64,000 bases of DNA from Rhodothermales bacterium (GTDB lineage Bacteria; Bacteroidota; Rhodothermia; Rhodothermales; VXPQ01): NCBI GenBank assembly GCA_951812335.1, contig OX638293.1, forward strand, positions 2,313,584 to 2,377,583, in the 5' to 3' direction. The position numbers and the translations under genes are program-made. Positions 49,254 through 57,976 of this stretch are shown here, in pieces. The notes beneath the pieces were generated by a model that saw nothing but the letters and a program-made list of their open reading frames with translations, was not told the origin of the DNA and ran no database searches. Position 1 is the first letter of the stretch. Each line of letters begins with the position of its first letter.

Positions 49254-49509
49254 GGATACTCTGATTAAGTCCGCAAAGCTCAGAGGCTTGCGAGGGGCGG
49301 GCTGGCAAGGAGTGACGAAGCAGTGTGGCCTGTCCCCCACACAATGAGGAATGACGCGGCCAGCGTGCTTCTCGCAGCCTCCCGGAGGGCGCGTCACGTC
49401 TGCGATGCCCCGAATTCGCAGTGTTTCCCCTGATTCCAACGGTGGAATCATGACAACCTGTACTTGCGAACGTGACGCGCTGAGCAAAGTGGTTTTGATC
49501 AGAGTGTCC
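49254..49509 (+). mobile_element. Full copy E of ~253-bp repeat
   Basis: GGATACTCTGATTAAGTCCGC ... GTGGTTTTGATCAGAGTGTCC. Confidence 0.88.
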
Positions 49510-49736
49510 TTTAAATACGCCTGCTGCTCGCCCCGAATTCCGTGAACAATGGATGAACACGCGGGGAACGCCTCTGTAATTTTGTGAACAATTCGTCAAA
49601 TTGTGCGAAATTATAGAGATATGCGCTTGTTTTTCCGGCCCGGGCCAGCCGGAATGCTCCGCCCCGAACCCGCGCCATGCCCGATAATGGGGCTTGTTGC
49701 AACCCGCATGCGTCGTGTATTTACCAGAAACGCTCC

Positions 49737-51107
49737 ATGCCTGCTTCCTTGAGATCCGCCCGCCGGAAACCCGGCTTGTCCCGTCGCGCTTTTCTCGGCG
49801 CGCTCGGTAAAACAAGCGCCGCGTTTGCCGCCGCTCCGCTCATCGTGCCGAGAAACGTGCTCGGCGGCCCGAATTTTCGGGCCGCCAGCGACACGGTGAA
49901 CGTGGCCTGTGTCGGCGTCGGAGGGATGGGCAAGGTCAATCTGGCGAACATGAACGATGTCGCCATTACAGGCCTTTGCGACGTGGACCTGGACTTCACC
50001 GCGCCCGCTTTCGAGACCTGGCCCAAGGCAGCCCGGTACCAGGATTACCGCCGCATGTTCGACGAAATGAGCGACGACATCGACGGGGTCGTGATCGCCA
50101 CGCCGGACCACACGCACGCCCTCATTACGCTGGCGGCCATGGAGCGCGGCATCCATGTCTACACCCAGAAGCCGCTTACGTGGTCGGTATGGGAGGCCCG
50201 GCAACTGGGCCTTGCCGCCCGACAGTACGACGTCGTCACGCAGATGGGGAACCAGGGGCGCTCCTCCAACGAACTCTACGACATAGCCGAACACGTCAAG
50301 GGAGACATGATCGGAGAGGTCGGCGAAGTGCATGTGTGGACGAACCGCCCCATCTGGCCGCAGGGCATGGACCTGCCTTCCGTGCGGAAACGGAAGCCGG
50401 ACGGCATCGACTGGGACCTGTACCTCGGCCCTGCCGCAGACATGGCCTACGACCCGGCCTTCCACCCGTTCGTCTGGCGCGGATGGGTGCCCTTCGGCAC
50501 AGGCGCGCTGGGCGACATCGCAGCACACTCTTTCGCCTTCGTGGCTACGGCGCTGGACCTTGGCGCCCCGACCACGGTAGAGACCCGCTCCTCCGCCTTC
50601 AACGGCCACGCCTACCCGGTCGCCTCGACCACTTTCTTCGAATTCCCGGCGCACGGGGAACGCGGCCCGGTACGGCTTACCTGGTATGACGGCGGGCTCA
50701 AGCCTCCGCGTCCGGAAGGTCTTTCCGACGGCGAATGGCTGCATTCGAACGGCATGATGTATGTCGGCTCGAAGGGTACGCTGCTGCATATGGGCGGCGT
50801 GCGCTTTATGCCCGGCGACCTTGCAGAAAACAAGCCCCCCCGACTGTACGACCGCATCGCGGACGAAAGCCACGAAAACAACTGGGTGCGCGCGATTCGG
50901 GGCGAAGAGAACGCCTCGTCGCCTTTCGCCTTCGCCGCCCCGCTCACGGAGACCGTACTGCTCGGCGTCGTCTCGCTGCTTGCGGGCAACAAAAAGATTT
51001 ACTGGGATGCGGAAAATCTCCGCATCACAAACCTGCCGGAAGCCAACCGGCATCTGCGCCGCACGCCGCGCGAAGGCTGGGAACTCCCCGCCGTCGACGC
51101 GGGGTGA
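49737..51107 (+). CDS. Tat-exported Gfo/Idh/MocA oxidoreductase
   Basis: SRRAFL Tat motif; IVPRNVLGG, GVGGMG, IATPDHTH, QKPLT, QMGNQG, WTNRPIWPQG and GTGALGD. Confidence 0.93.
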   Translation: MPASLRSARRKPGLSRRAFLGALGKTSAAFAAAPLIVPRNVLGGPNFRAASDTVNVACVGVGGMGKVNLANMNDVAITGLCDVDLDFTAPAFETWPKAARYQDYRRMFDEMSDDIDGVVIATPDHTHALITLAAMERGIHVYTQKPLTWSVWEARQLGLAARQYDVVTQMGNQGRSSNELYDIAEHVKGDMIGEVGEVHVWTNRPIWPQGMDLPSVRKRKPDGIDWDLYLGPAADMAYDPAFHPFVWRGWVPFGTGALGDIAAHSFAFVATALDLGAPTTVETRSSAFNGHAYPVASTTFFEFPAHGERGPVRLTWYDGGLKPPRPEGLSDGEWLHSNGMMYVGSKGTLLHMGGVRFMPGDLAENKPPRLYDRIADESHENNWVRAIRGEENASSPFAFAAPLTETVLLGVVSLLAGNKKIYWDAENLRITNLPEANRHLRRTPREGWELPAVDAG

Positions 51108-51166
51108 TTCCGGACGAACCGGACACGCGGCATTCACCCCTACCACCATACGATACAGCAATTATC

Positions 51167-51907
51167 ATGCCCAAACGTACTCTTTCCTTCCTTGCTGCCC
51201 TTGCCTTCTTCGCAGCGGGGTGCGCCTCCGATGCCGGAGACGCGGATCACGACGCCATGGCCGAATCCGAAACGGCCGAAATGGCCGATCCGCATCCGGA
51301 TACCTCCGAACCCGGATGGACGCCGCTCTTCAACGAAGACCTCTCCAACGCCATAGACGCCGGAGGCGTTTGGGCATGGGAAGAGGACGTGCTCACAACC
51401 GGCGTGGATCAGGGCCTCTTTACGCAGGCCATCTACAACGACTTCGTGCTGGACCTCGAAATCATGTTCGATCCGGGCGCAAACAGCGGCATCATCCTGC
51501 ACGCTACCGAAACGGACACCAGCGCCTGGATCCCCTATTCCATCGAGGTGCAGATCGCCGACGATTACGCCATGAGAGATTCGGCCCGGCACCACCAGGA
51601 ATCCGGCGCTTTCTACGGGCATGTGCCCCCGTCGGAGCAGCGGATCAACCCTGCGGGAGAATGGAACCGCTACACCGTGACCGCAATAGGCGACTCCCTG
51701 TGGGTAATGCTCAACGGCATGGAAGTGAGCGAAATCGACATGAGCGAATACCACTCCGCGGAAACCAACCCGGACGGCACCTCCATTCCGCCCTGGTTGA
51801 GCAACCCGCTGGCCGAGCTGGCCACCGAGGGCCATATCGGCATCCAGGGCAAGCACGGGGAGTCCGGGGTCTGGTTCCGGAACCTCATGATCAAGCCGAT
51901 GGAGTAG
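51167..51907 (+). CDS. DUF1080 (3-keto-disaccharide hydrolase) lipoprotein
   Basis: Lipobox AAGC; GWTPLFN, ANSGI, IEVQIADD, GEWN and GHIGIQGKHG..WFRNL. Confidence 0.9.
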   Translation: MPKRTLSFLAALAFFAAGCASDAGDADHDAMAESETAEMADPHPDTSEPGWTPLFNEDLSNAIDAGGVWAWEEDVLTTGVDQGLFTQAIYNDFVLDLEIMFDPGANSGIILHATETDTSAWIPYSIEVQIADDYAMRDSARHHQESGAFYGHVPPSEQRINPAGEWNRYTVTAIGDSLWVMLNGMEVSEIDMSEYHSAETNPDGTSIPPWLSNPLAELATEGHIGIQGKHGESGVWFRNLMIKPME

Positions 51908-52014
51908 ATTTGCGCTCCAGCAGCGACGCCGGCTTCCCGCCGGAGTCGAATACAGGCGGTTTGCAGAATCGGCTTTCAGGCCGGCTGCTTTGTTTTCTCG
52001 CCGGCAGGCGGCGC

Positions 52015-54333
52015 CTATAGCTGGAACGTATAGGTGTATTTGACGAGCAGCGTCCGGTTGTCCGTACGCGGCGGTGCGGGGTCGAACCGATCCCGCGTCG
52101 TGTTCATTCCGTGGTTGTAAACCAGCCACAGGTCGTTCCCCTCGCGGAAGTTATACCGCAGGCGGATATTGGACGAAAGCGCATCGCTTACGCTGTTGTA
52201 CTGCAGAAAAACGTTGGCCGACGCCTGCGTATCCAGGGCCATGCCGATCCTGAACCGCAGCAAGTGGGCGTGCAATCCGGCATCCCTATCCGGAAAACGA
52301 ATCCGGCTGTACTCGTACCGCCCTGAAATTTCAAGGTGCGGGGATACGTACCAGGTGGGGCGCGCAGCGGCCGTGACCTTCCAGCCGTCGTAGAAACGGC
52401 CTGCCTGCAACGTGGGGCCCAGCCGGTACCGGTTCGTATTGGATTCTCCATACGACACCTCTGCTTCCCAGAAGGTATACTCTCCGTCAGGGATGTCCAC
52501 CTCCCCGATCGAAAAGGAATCGGGCAGCGCTTCATACAACACCATGAACCCGGCCCGTCCCCGCGTTCCGTTCCGGGCTCCGTAACTCCACCGGGGGCCC
52601 ACCTGTGCGGATTCGATGGAACCATCCTTATTGCGCAAATACGTCAACCCGGCCATCTCGAAGGTGTGGAAAATCAGCCGGGCGCCTTCCGGAGGCAGCC
52701 ACGTGTAGGAAAGTGCGTTGTCCAGAAGGGTGAAGTCGTTGCGCTGCGAGAACCCGATGCCCGGGTCGTAGTCCGGACCCGCCCAGGCCAGAATGGAGCG
52801 GTATTCCCATTCCCTGCTGCGCCGCCGCTCCATCTGCACGGTCATCCGCCCGCCGTTCAAGGGGCGGTGATCCGGGCGGTCCACAAGCATGTCGTCGAAC
52901 GAGTGCGCCCACTGGAGCGTCAGGTAATCGTCCCCGAAAAGCCGGAAAACGCCGTCCAGGCCGTAGGCGAAATTGTACGCGCCGTCCGCCCCGATGCGGC
53001 TCGTCCCCATCGCGCCCGCATAGGACCAGGGATTGAACACCTTCCGCCGCAGGCGCAGCACTCCGAAATTCTCCGACGACTGTTCGCCGGATTGCGCGGT
53101 CTGCATGGTCAGCGCCCCGATGTCCCACTGTCCGAAGCGCCCGGCGCCGCGCGCGCCGCCCAGGATCGGCACGGGCGCACCGTCTTCCGTCAGTCCGATG
53201 CGCCGGCTGTGAAAAAGACGGCTCAATCCCCCTGTCCGAAAATCGAAGATGGCGGCCCGCTCCTGAAAAAACTGGCGCTTCTCCGGAAAGAAGAGCGAGA
53301 AGCGCGTCAGGTTTATTTGCTGATCGTCGGCTTCGACCTGCGCAAAATCGGTGTTCAGCGTCAGGTCGAGCGTGGCGTTGTTCGAAAACTGGTACTTGAG
53401 ATCGGCCCCGGTCTCCCGCGTCACATCGCGTTCATATTCCCAGGCGCCCTCCTTCAGCCGGGCCGTTTCCCCCGCGCCGCCCAGTCCGTATCCGGTCACA
53501 TAGACGGGCAACTCCGATTCGATGCCCTCCAGCAGGAATTTCTGCGCGAGGGAGGGCTTCAGGAAAGCCCAGCTCGAAACGCGCTCGACCGGTGGAAACA
53601 CCACCCGCTCGTCCTTGCGCACGATCTTGCGTTGCAGGGTCAGCCCCATGACGACCGTGCCGTCTTCGCGCGGCTGGAAACGCAGGCTCGAAAACGGGAT
53701 GCGCATCTCCGAAAACCACCCGCTGTCGGCAATGACGGTCTCGACGTCCCAGTAGGTGTTGAAATTCACATTGATCCAGCCGCCCGATGCAATGCCGCCC
53801 CCGCTGGCGTCGTTCGAGATGGCGGCTTCCCGGCGATGCCCCCTCGGATTGCTGTTGAACAGCATGCCGGTCTCGTTGTCGTTGTACGTATCGATCAGAA
53901 TCTCGAAATGATCGTCGTTGCTGAGCCGATCCCGGTAGAGCGTGTTGGCGCGAATGCCCTCCGGGTTCCGATCGTACGCGCGCAGAGAGAGAAAAAGATA
54001 CTCTTCGTCGTAGGCGATGAGCATCTCGGTGCGCTCGGTCGGGGCCGCTCCGTTGTTCGGCTCGTACTGCGACGGGACGTACGGTTCGACCGACTGCCAG
54101 GCCGGCTCGAAACTGAGTCCGTCCAGTTCGACCGGGCCGCCGATGCGCTGCATGACGACGAGTTCCTGTTTCGGCGTCGTCTGCTGCGACTCCTGTTGCC
54201 GTTGTTCCTGAGCAGAGGCCGCCTCCGGAAGCAACCATCCGGACAATGCAGCGCAGCACAGCGTAGCGGACAGGGGAAAAACAAGGAAGGCGCCGCGCAG
54301 ATTGCGCAGGAATAATCGCAAAGCGGAAATCAT
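52015..54333 (-). CDS. CBM9-like + DUF5916 outer-membrane protein
   Basis: ELDG..EPAW, DTYND, SEMRIPFSSLRF, LNTDFAQVEAD, RFSLFFPEKRQFF, SRRIG and terminal KYTYTF. Confidence 0.9.
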   Translation of the reverse strand: MISALRLFLRNLRGAFLVFPLSATLCCAALSGWLLPEAASAQEQRQQESQQTTPKQELVVMQRIGGPVELDGLSFEPAWQSVEPYVPSQYEPNNGAAPTERTEMLIAYDEEYLFLSLRAYDRNPEGIRANTLYRDRLSNDDHFEILIDTYNDNETGMLFNSNPRGHRREAAISNDASGGGIASGGWINVNFNTYWDVETVIADSGWFSEMRIPFSSLRFQPREDGTVVMGLTLQRKIVRKDERVVFPPVERVSSWAFLKPSLAQKFLLEGIESELPVYVTGYGLGGAGETARLKEGAWEYERDVTRETGADLKYQFSNNATLDLTLNTDFAQVEADDQQINLTRFSLFFPEKRQFFQERAAIFDFRTGGLSRLFHSRRIGLTEDGAPVPILGGARGAGRFGQWDIGALTMQTAQSGEQSSENFGVLRLRRKVFNPWSYAGAMGTSRIGADGAYNFAYGLDGVFRLFGDDYLTLQWAHSFDDMLVDRPDHRPLNGGRMTVQMERRRSREWEYRSILAWAGPDYDPGIGFSQRNDFTLLDNALSYTWLPPEGARLIFHTFEMAGLTYLRNKDGSIESAQVGPRWSYGARNGTRGRAGFMVLYEALPDSFSIGEVDIPDGEYTFWEAEVSYGESNTNRYRLGPTLQAGRFYDGWKVTAAARPTWYVSPHLEISGRYEYSRIRFPDRDAGLHAHLLRFRIGMALDTQASANVFLQYNSVSDALSSNIRLRYNFREGNDLWLVYNHGMNTTRDRFDPAPPRTDNRTLLVKYTYTFQL

Positions 54334-54408
54334 CTATGGCAAAGGTTCTGTATTTTCAGCGTCAAGGTACTGCAATTTCGTCATCCCTGCCCCTTGATCT
54401 GTAATAAT

Positions 54409-55755
54409 ATGTCCACTACAGCCCTGCTTCTCCTGACCGCCGGCAGCATCGGGGTGCTCCTGCTCCTGGTCATCACGCTGCGCATGCAGGCGTTCATCGC
54501 CCTGCTTGTCGTAAGCTTCATCGCCGCCATCGTCGGCGGGGTGCCTCCCTCGGCGGTCGCCGATGCTATCACCGAGGGTATGGGTAAAACGCTCGGCTAC
54601 ATTGCTGTAGTGATCGGGGTGGGCACCATGCTGGGCGAGATGATTCAGGCGTCGGGCGGCGCAGGTAAAATCGCCTCGACCCTCATCAAGGTATTCGGGG
54701 AACGGAAGGCCCAGTGGGCGCTGGCCCTGATCGGGATCATTGTCGCCACGCCCGTATTCTTCGAGGTCGGGCTTATTATTTTCATTCCTCTCGTTTACAA
54801 TCTGGCCCGCAGAACCGGCAAATCCCTGCTTTACTACGGCATTCCCCTCGTAGCAGGCATGGCCGTCGCGCATGCCTGCATTCCCCCGACTCCGGGACCG
54901 GTGGCCGTGTCGTCGATCATCGGCGCAGATCTCGGCTGGGTCATCTTCTTCGGTATCCTCGCCGGGGTGCCCGCTGCAGCCATAGGCGGCGTTTTCTTCG
55001 GCAACCGCATTGCAGAACGCATCCACGTGGCGGTGCCGGAAACCCTGCAACACACTACGGACGATACCGAGGGACGCAAGGCCCCCGGTTTCGCCATGGT
55101 CGTGTCGCTCATCGCACTGCCCCTCGTGCTGATTCTCATGAATACAGCCGGCCAAATCCTGCTCCCGGAAGGAAGCGACCTCCGGGACTGGATATCGTTC
55201 GTCGGGCACCCGTTCGCAGCGCTCACGGCGGCGCTCCTGCTTGCTTTCTACTTTCTCGGCATCCGGCTGGGCTTTTCCGCAGACGAGGTGCAGCGTATCG
55301 CCACCCGCTCCATGGAGCCGGTAGGCATGATTATTCTGCTGACCGGTGCCGGCGGGGTGTTCGGGTACATCCTGGTCGAAACAGGGGTGGGCGAGGCACT
55401 GACCGAGATGATGGCCGCCACCCAACTGCCGATCCTCCTGTTCGGCTTCCTGATCGCCGTGGTGATCCGGGTAGCACAGGGTTCGGCCACGGTGGCCATG
55501 GTCACATCGGCGGGACTACTGGCGCCCATTATCCAGAACGGCAGCTTTTCGGAGCCGATGCTCGGCGCCATCACGATCGCAGTAGCCTGCGGCGCTACCG
55601 TGCTGTCGCACGTGAACGATTCCGGCTTCTGGCTCGTGAACCAACTCATGGGCATGACCGAGGCCCAGACGCTCCGTTCGTGGACCGTCATGGCAACGAT
55701 CGTAGGCGTCGTGGGCCTTGCGGTCGTACTACTCGTAGCGGGCGTGTGGTTATAA
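54409..55755 (+). CDS. GntP family gluconate:H+ symporter
   Basis: MGKTLG, PVFFEVG, PPTPGP, RVAQGSATVA, SHVNDSGFW and SWT. Confidence 0.93.
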   Translation: MSTTALLLLTAGSIGVLLLLVITLRMQAFIALLVVSFIAAIVGGVPPSAVADAITEGMGKTLGYIAVVIGVGTMLGEMIQASGGAGKIASTLIKVFGERKAQWALALIGIIVATPVFFEVGLIIFIPLVYNLARRTGKSLLYYGIPLVAGMAVAHACIPPTPGPVAVSSIIGADLGWVIFFGILAGVPAAAIGGVFFGNRIAERIHVAVPETLQHTTDDTEGRKAPGFAMVVSLIALPLVLILMNTAGQILLPEGSDLRDWISFVGHPFAALTAALLLAFYFLGIRLGFSADEVQRIATRSMEPVGMIILLTGAGGVFGYILVETGVGEALTEMMAATQLPILLFGFLIAVVIRVAQGSATVAMVTSAGLLAPIIQNGSFSEPMLGAITIAVACGATVLSHVNDSGFWLVNQLMGMTEAQTLRSWTVMATIVGVVGLAVVLLVAGVWL

Positions 55756-55794
55756 CCGCACGACTGCACGCGCCAGTGTGGAATCGGAAAAAAA

Positions 55795-57099
55795 TCAGCC
55801 CGAAGAGGCCATCTCGTCTTCTTCGAACGGCCGGCGGTTCAGCACCGTCTCGCCGGGCACGGCTGCCGAGAAAATCGGCACGTCGCCGAACTCCCAGGTT
55901 GCCGGGGTGAGTTTCTGGGTCGAGTTCATTACATCGTCCCAGGTCACTTCCTGTCCCGTATAGGCCGCCTCGCGCACCATGATAGCCGAAAGGTTGGTCT
56001 CAGCCATACGTCGCGCCTCGTTGATCGGCTTTTCGCCGCGAATGCTCTCGATCAGGTTCGTGTGCTCCTGCACGTACGGATTCGGATTCTCGCCATCGAA
56101 CCGGAACGCGTTTTCGCCCTTGATCCACGAGGCCGCATTGGACGTGCCCTTCGTACCGATGATGTGCTCGCCCACAAACTTCGCCGTGTTTTCCTGCTGC
56201 TTGCACATGCTCAGGATCGTAGCGCCGCTCGGGTATTCTAGATTCACCGCAAAGTGGTCGAAAATGTGGCCGTACTCCGGCGAAACGCGCTGCTGCCGCC
56301 CGCCGACGCCCGAGGCCTTGATCGGGGTCTCGCCCACGGCCCAGTTCGCCACGTCGATGTTGTGAATATGCTGCTCGACCACATGGTCGCCGGAGATGTA
56401 CGTGTAGTAGAGCCAGTTGCGCACCTGATGCTCCATGTCGGACCATCCCGGCTTGCGATCCACCTTCCAAAGGCCGCCCTGATTCCAGTACACCTGCCCG
56501 GCCACGACCTGACCGATCGCTCCGTCATGGATTCGCTGCATGACTTCGAGATACTGGCGCTCGTGCCGCCGCTGCGTGCCCGCCACAATGGACAGCCCCT
56601 TGCGGTCGGCCTCGTCCGCCACGTCGAAGAAAACGCGTACGCCCGCAGGGTCTATACCGATGGGTTTCTCCATGAACACATGGCGCCCCTTCTCGATCGC
56701 GTAGGGCACATGGATGGGACGAAACACCGGCGGGGTGGCGAAAATGACGACATCCACATCGCTGTCGATGACGTGCTTCCAGGCGTCCCAGCCGGAAAAT
56801 TCGTGCTCGGGACTGACCTGATAGGCGTCCCCGAGTTGTTCCTTAAGCTTGGCCTTGGAGCTGTCGAGACGGTCTTCGAACAAATCGCCCATAGCCACCA
56901 GCGTTACGCCGGAAGCTGCCTCGACGGCGTTGACGGCGGCGCCGGTCCCCCGGCCTCCGCAGCCCACCAGTCCATAGCGAATCGTGTCCGATCCGGCGGC
57001 CCATGCGAAATTTCCGCTCGGCATGAAGGCAAGGCCTGCCGCAGCGGCGGCGCTGCTCTTGACGAAATTGCGCCGCGATACCAGAGGATTGTGCTTCAT
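55795..57099 (-). CDS. Tat-exported Gfo/Idh/MocA oxidoreductase
   Basis: SRRNFVK Tat motif; GCGGRGTGA, ATPP.FRP.H, MEKP, GTQRRH, RNWLYY..SGDH.VEQHIHNID. Confidence 0.93.
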   Translation of the reverse strand: MKHNPLVSRRNFVKSSAAAAAGLAFMPSGNFAWAAGSDTIRYGLVGCGGRGTGAAVNAVEAASGVTLVAMGDLFEDRLDSSKAKLKEQLGDAYQVSPEHEFSGWDAWKHVIDSDVDVVIFATPPVFRPIHVPYAIEKGRHVFMEKPIGIDPAGVRVFFDVADEADRKGLSIVAGTQRRHERQYLEVMQRIHDGAIGQVVAGQVYWNQGGLWKVDRKPGWSDMEHQVRNWLYYTYISGDHVVEQHIHNIDVANWAVGETPIKASGVGGRQQRVSPEYGHIFDHFAVNLEYPSGATILSMCKQQENTAKFVGEHIIGTKGTSNAASWIKGENAFRFDGENPNPYVQEHTNLIESIRGEKPINEARRMAETNLSAIMVREAAYTGQEVTWDDVMNSTQKLTPATWEFGDVPIFSAAVPGETVLNRRPFEEDEMASSG

Positions 57100-57172
57100 T
57101 GAATCTTCTTTGTTTATGTGCGTTGTGCGTTTGAAAGAGAGTAACGACCGGGCGCCGGAAATACCATCAGGT

Positions 57173-57976
57173 TTACGGTTCGCGAACGACCCGGAATCCC
57201 ATGAACGGCCCGTCCGTGAGCCAGAATTTGCTTTTCGGTATTTGCGGATCCGTTTCCTGCCATTTCGGGGAGGGTGTCTTGCGTGCTGCGCACCCCACTT
57301 CTTCCGCCTTGTCCATGAAAGAACCACCGCATGCCAGCGGGGCGCCCTCCGGGCCGGTACACCATTCCGCGGCATTGCCGATCATGTCCCGGACCCCGAA
57401 CGCGTTCGAAGCAAGGCTTCCTATCGGATGCGTGGCGTCGAAGGCATTGTCCCAATACCAGGCATGCTCATCGAGCGCATTGCCGGATACGGGCGGCTCG
57501 CCGGCCAGGCAGGCGTATTCCCATTCCGCCTCGGTGGGTAAGCGGTACGTCTTGCCGGTCCGGACGGAAAGCCAGTCCGCAAACGCCTCCGCTACCAGGT
57601 ACGTCATGCTGATGGCGGCGTAGCCGCGATGCCCGTAGCCCCTGTCCGGGGCGCCGTACGGCTTACTCGGACGAAGTATCGCATCGTCGGCGCCGGTACT
57701 CCCGCCGGTTCCGAATGCGTAGATATCGAAAATATCCCATGGGACCTCCGTTCCGGCAATCCAGAACGGCCCCACGGAAACCTCTTCCCCGTTCAGGGAA
57801 ACGGAACCCGCCGGGACGGAGATCATATCGAGTTCGGCAGGCGCCTCGCTGAACGTCTCGATATAGGCTTCCATCGAATCGGGCGCAGAAGTCTCCGCGT
57901 CCGAACCCGCGTCCTGCGCCCTTGCCATTCCCGCAAGGAGCATACACCCGCACATTGCCATGCCTCGGAAAAACAT
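57173..57976 (-). CDS. Secreted formylglycine-generating-enzyme-like (FGE-sulfatase domain) protein; start 57976 or 57961
   Basis: RLPTEAEWEYAC, FGVRDMIGNAAEW, GGSF and DPQIPKS.FW...FMGFRVV. The FGE catalytic CxxxxC pair is not seen. Confidence 0.88.
   Translation of the reverse strand: MFFRGMAMCGCMLLAGMARAQDAGSDAETSAPDSMEAYIETFSEAPAELDMISVPAGSVSLNGEEVSVGPFWIAGTEVPWDIFDIYAFGTGGSTGADDAILRPSKPYGAPDRGYGHRGYAAISMTYLVAEAFADWLSVRTGKTYRLPTEAEWEYACLAGEPPVSGNALDEHAWYWDNAFDATHPIGSLASNAFGVRDMIGNAAEWCTGPEGAPLACGGSFMDKAEEVGCAARKTPSPKWQETDPQIPKSKFWLTDGPFMGFRVVREP

Noticed and set aside
10666-49509. The repeat family as a CRISPR array or as tRNA/rRNA
   Set aside because: Copies are dispersed, ~253 bp long and TIR-bounded, not short repeats with spacers. 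No cas genes, cloverleaf or rRNA-like sequence was seen.
56215-56240. SGAT in the Tat Gfo protein (EYPSGATIL) as an ApbE flavinylation site
   Set aside because: It falls in the usual YxxG beta-turn of the Gfo C-terminal domain and lacks the upstream Asp context; probably coincidental.
57173-57976. FGE-like protein as the activator of the nearby sulfatase
   Set aside because: The catalytic CxxxxC pair of true formylglycine-generating enzymes is not seen, and the gene is linked to apbE and Gfo rather than to the sulfatase.
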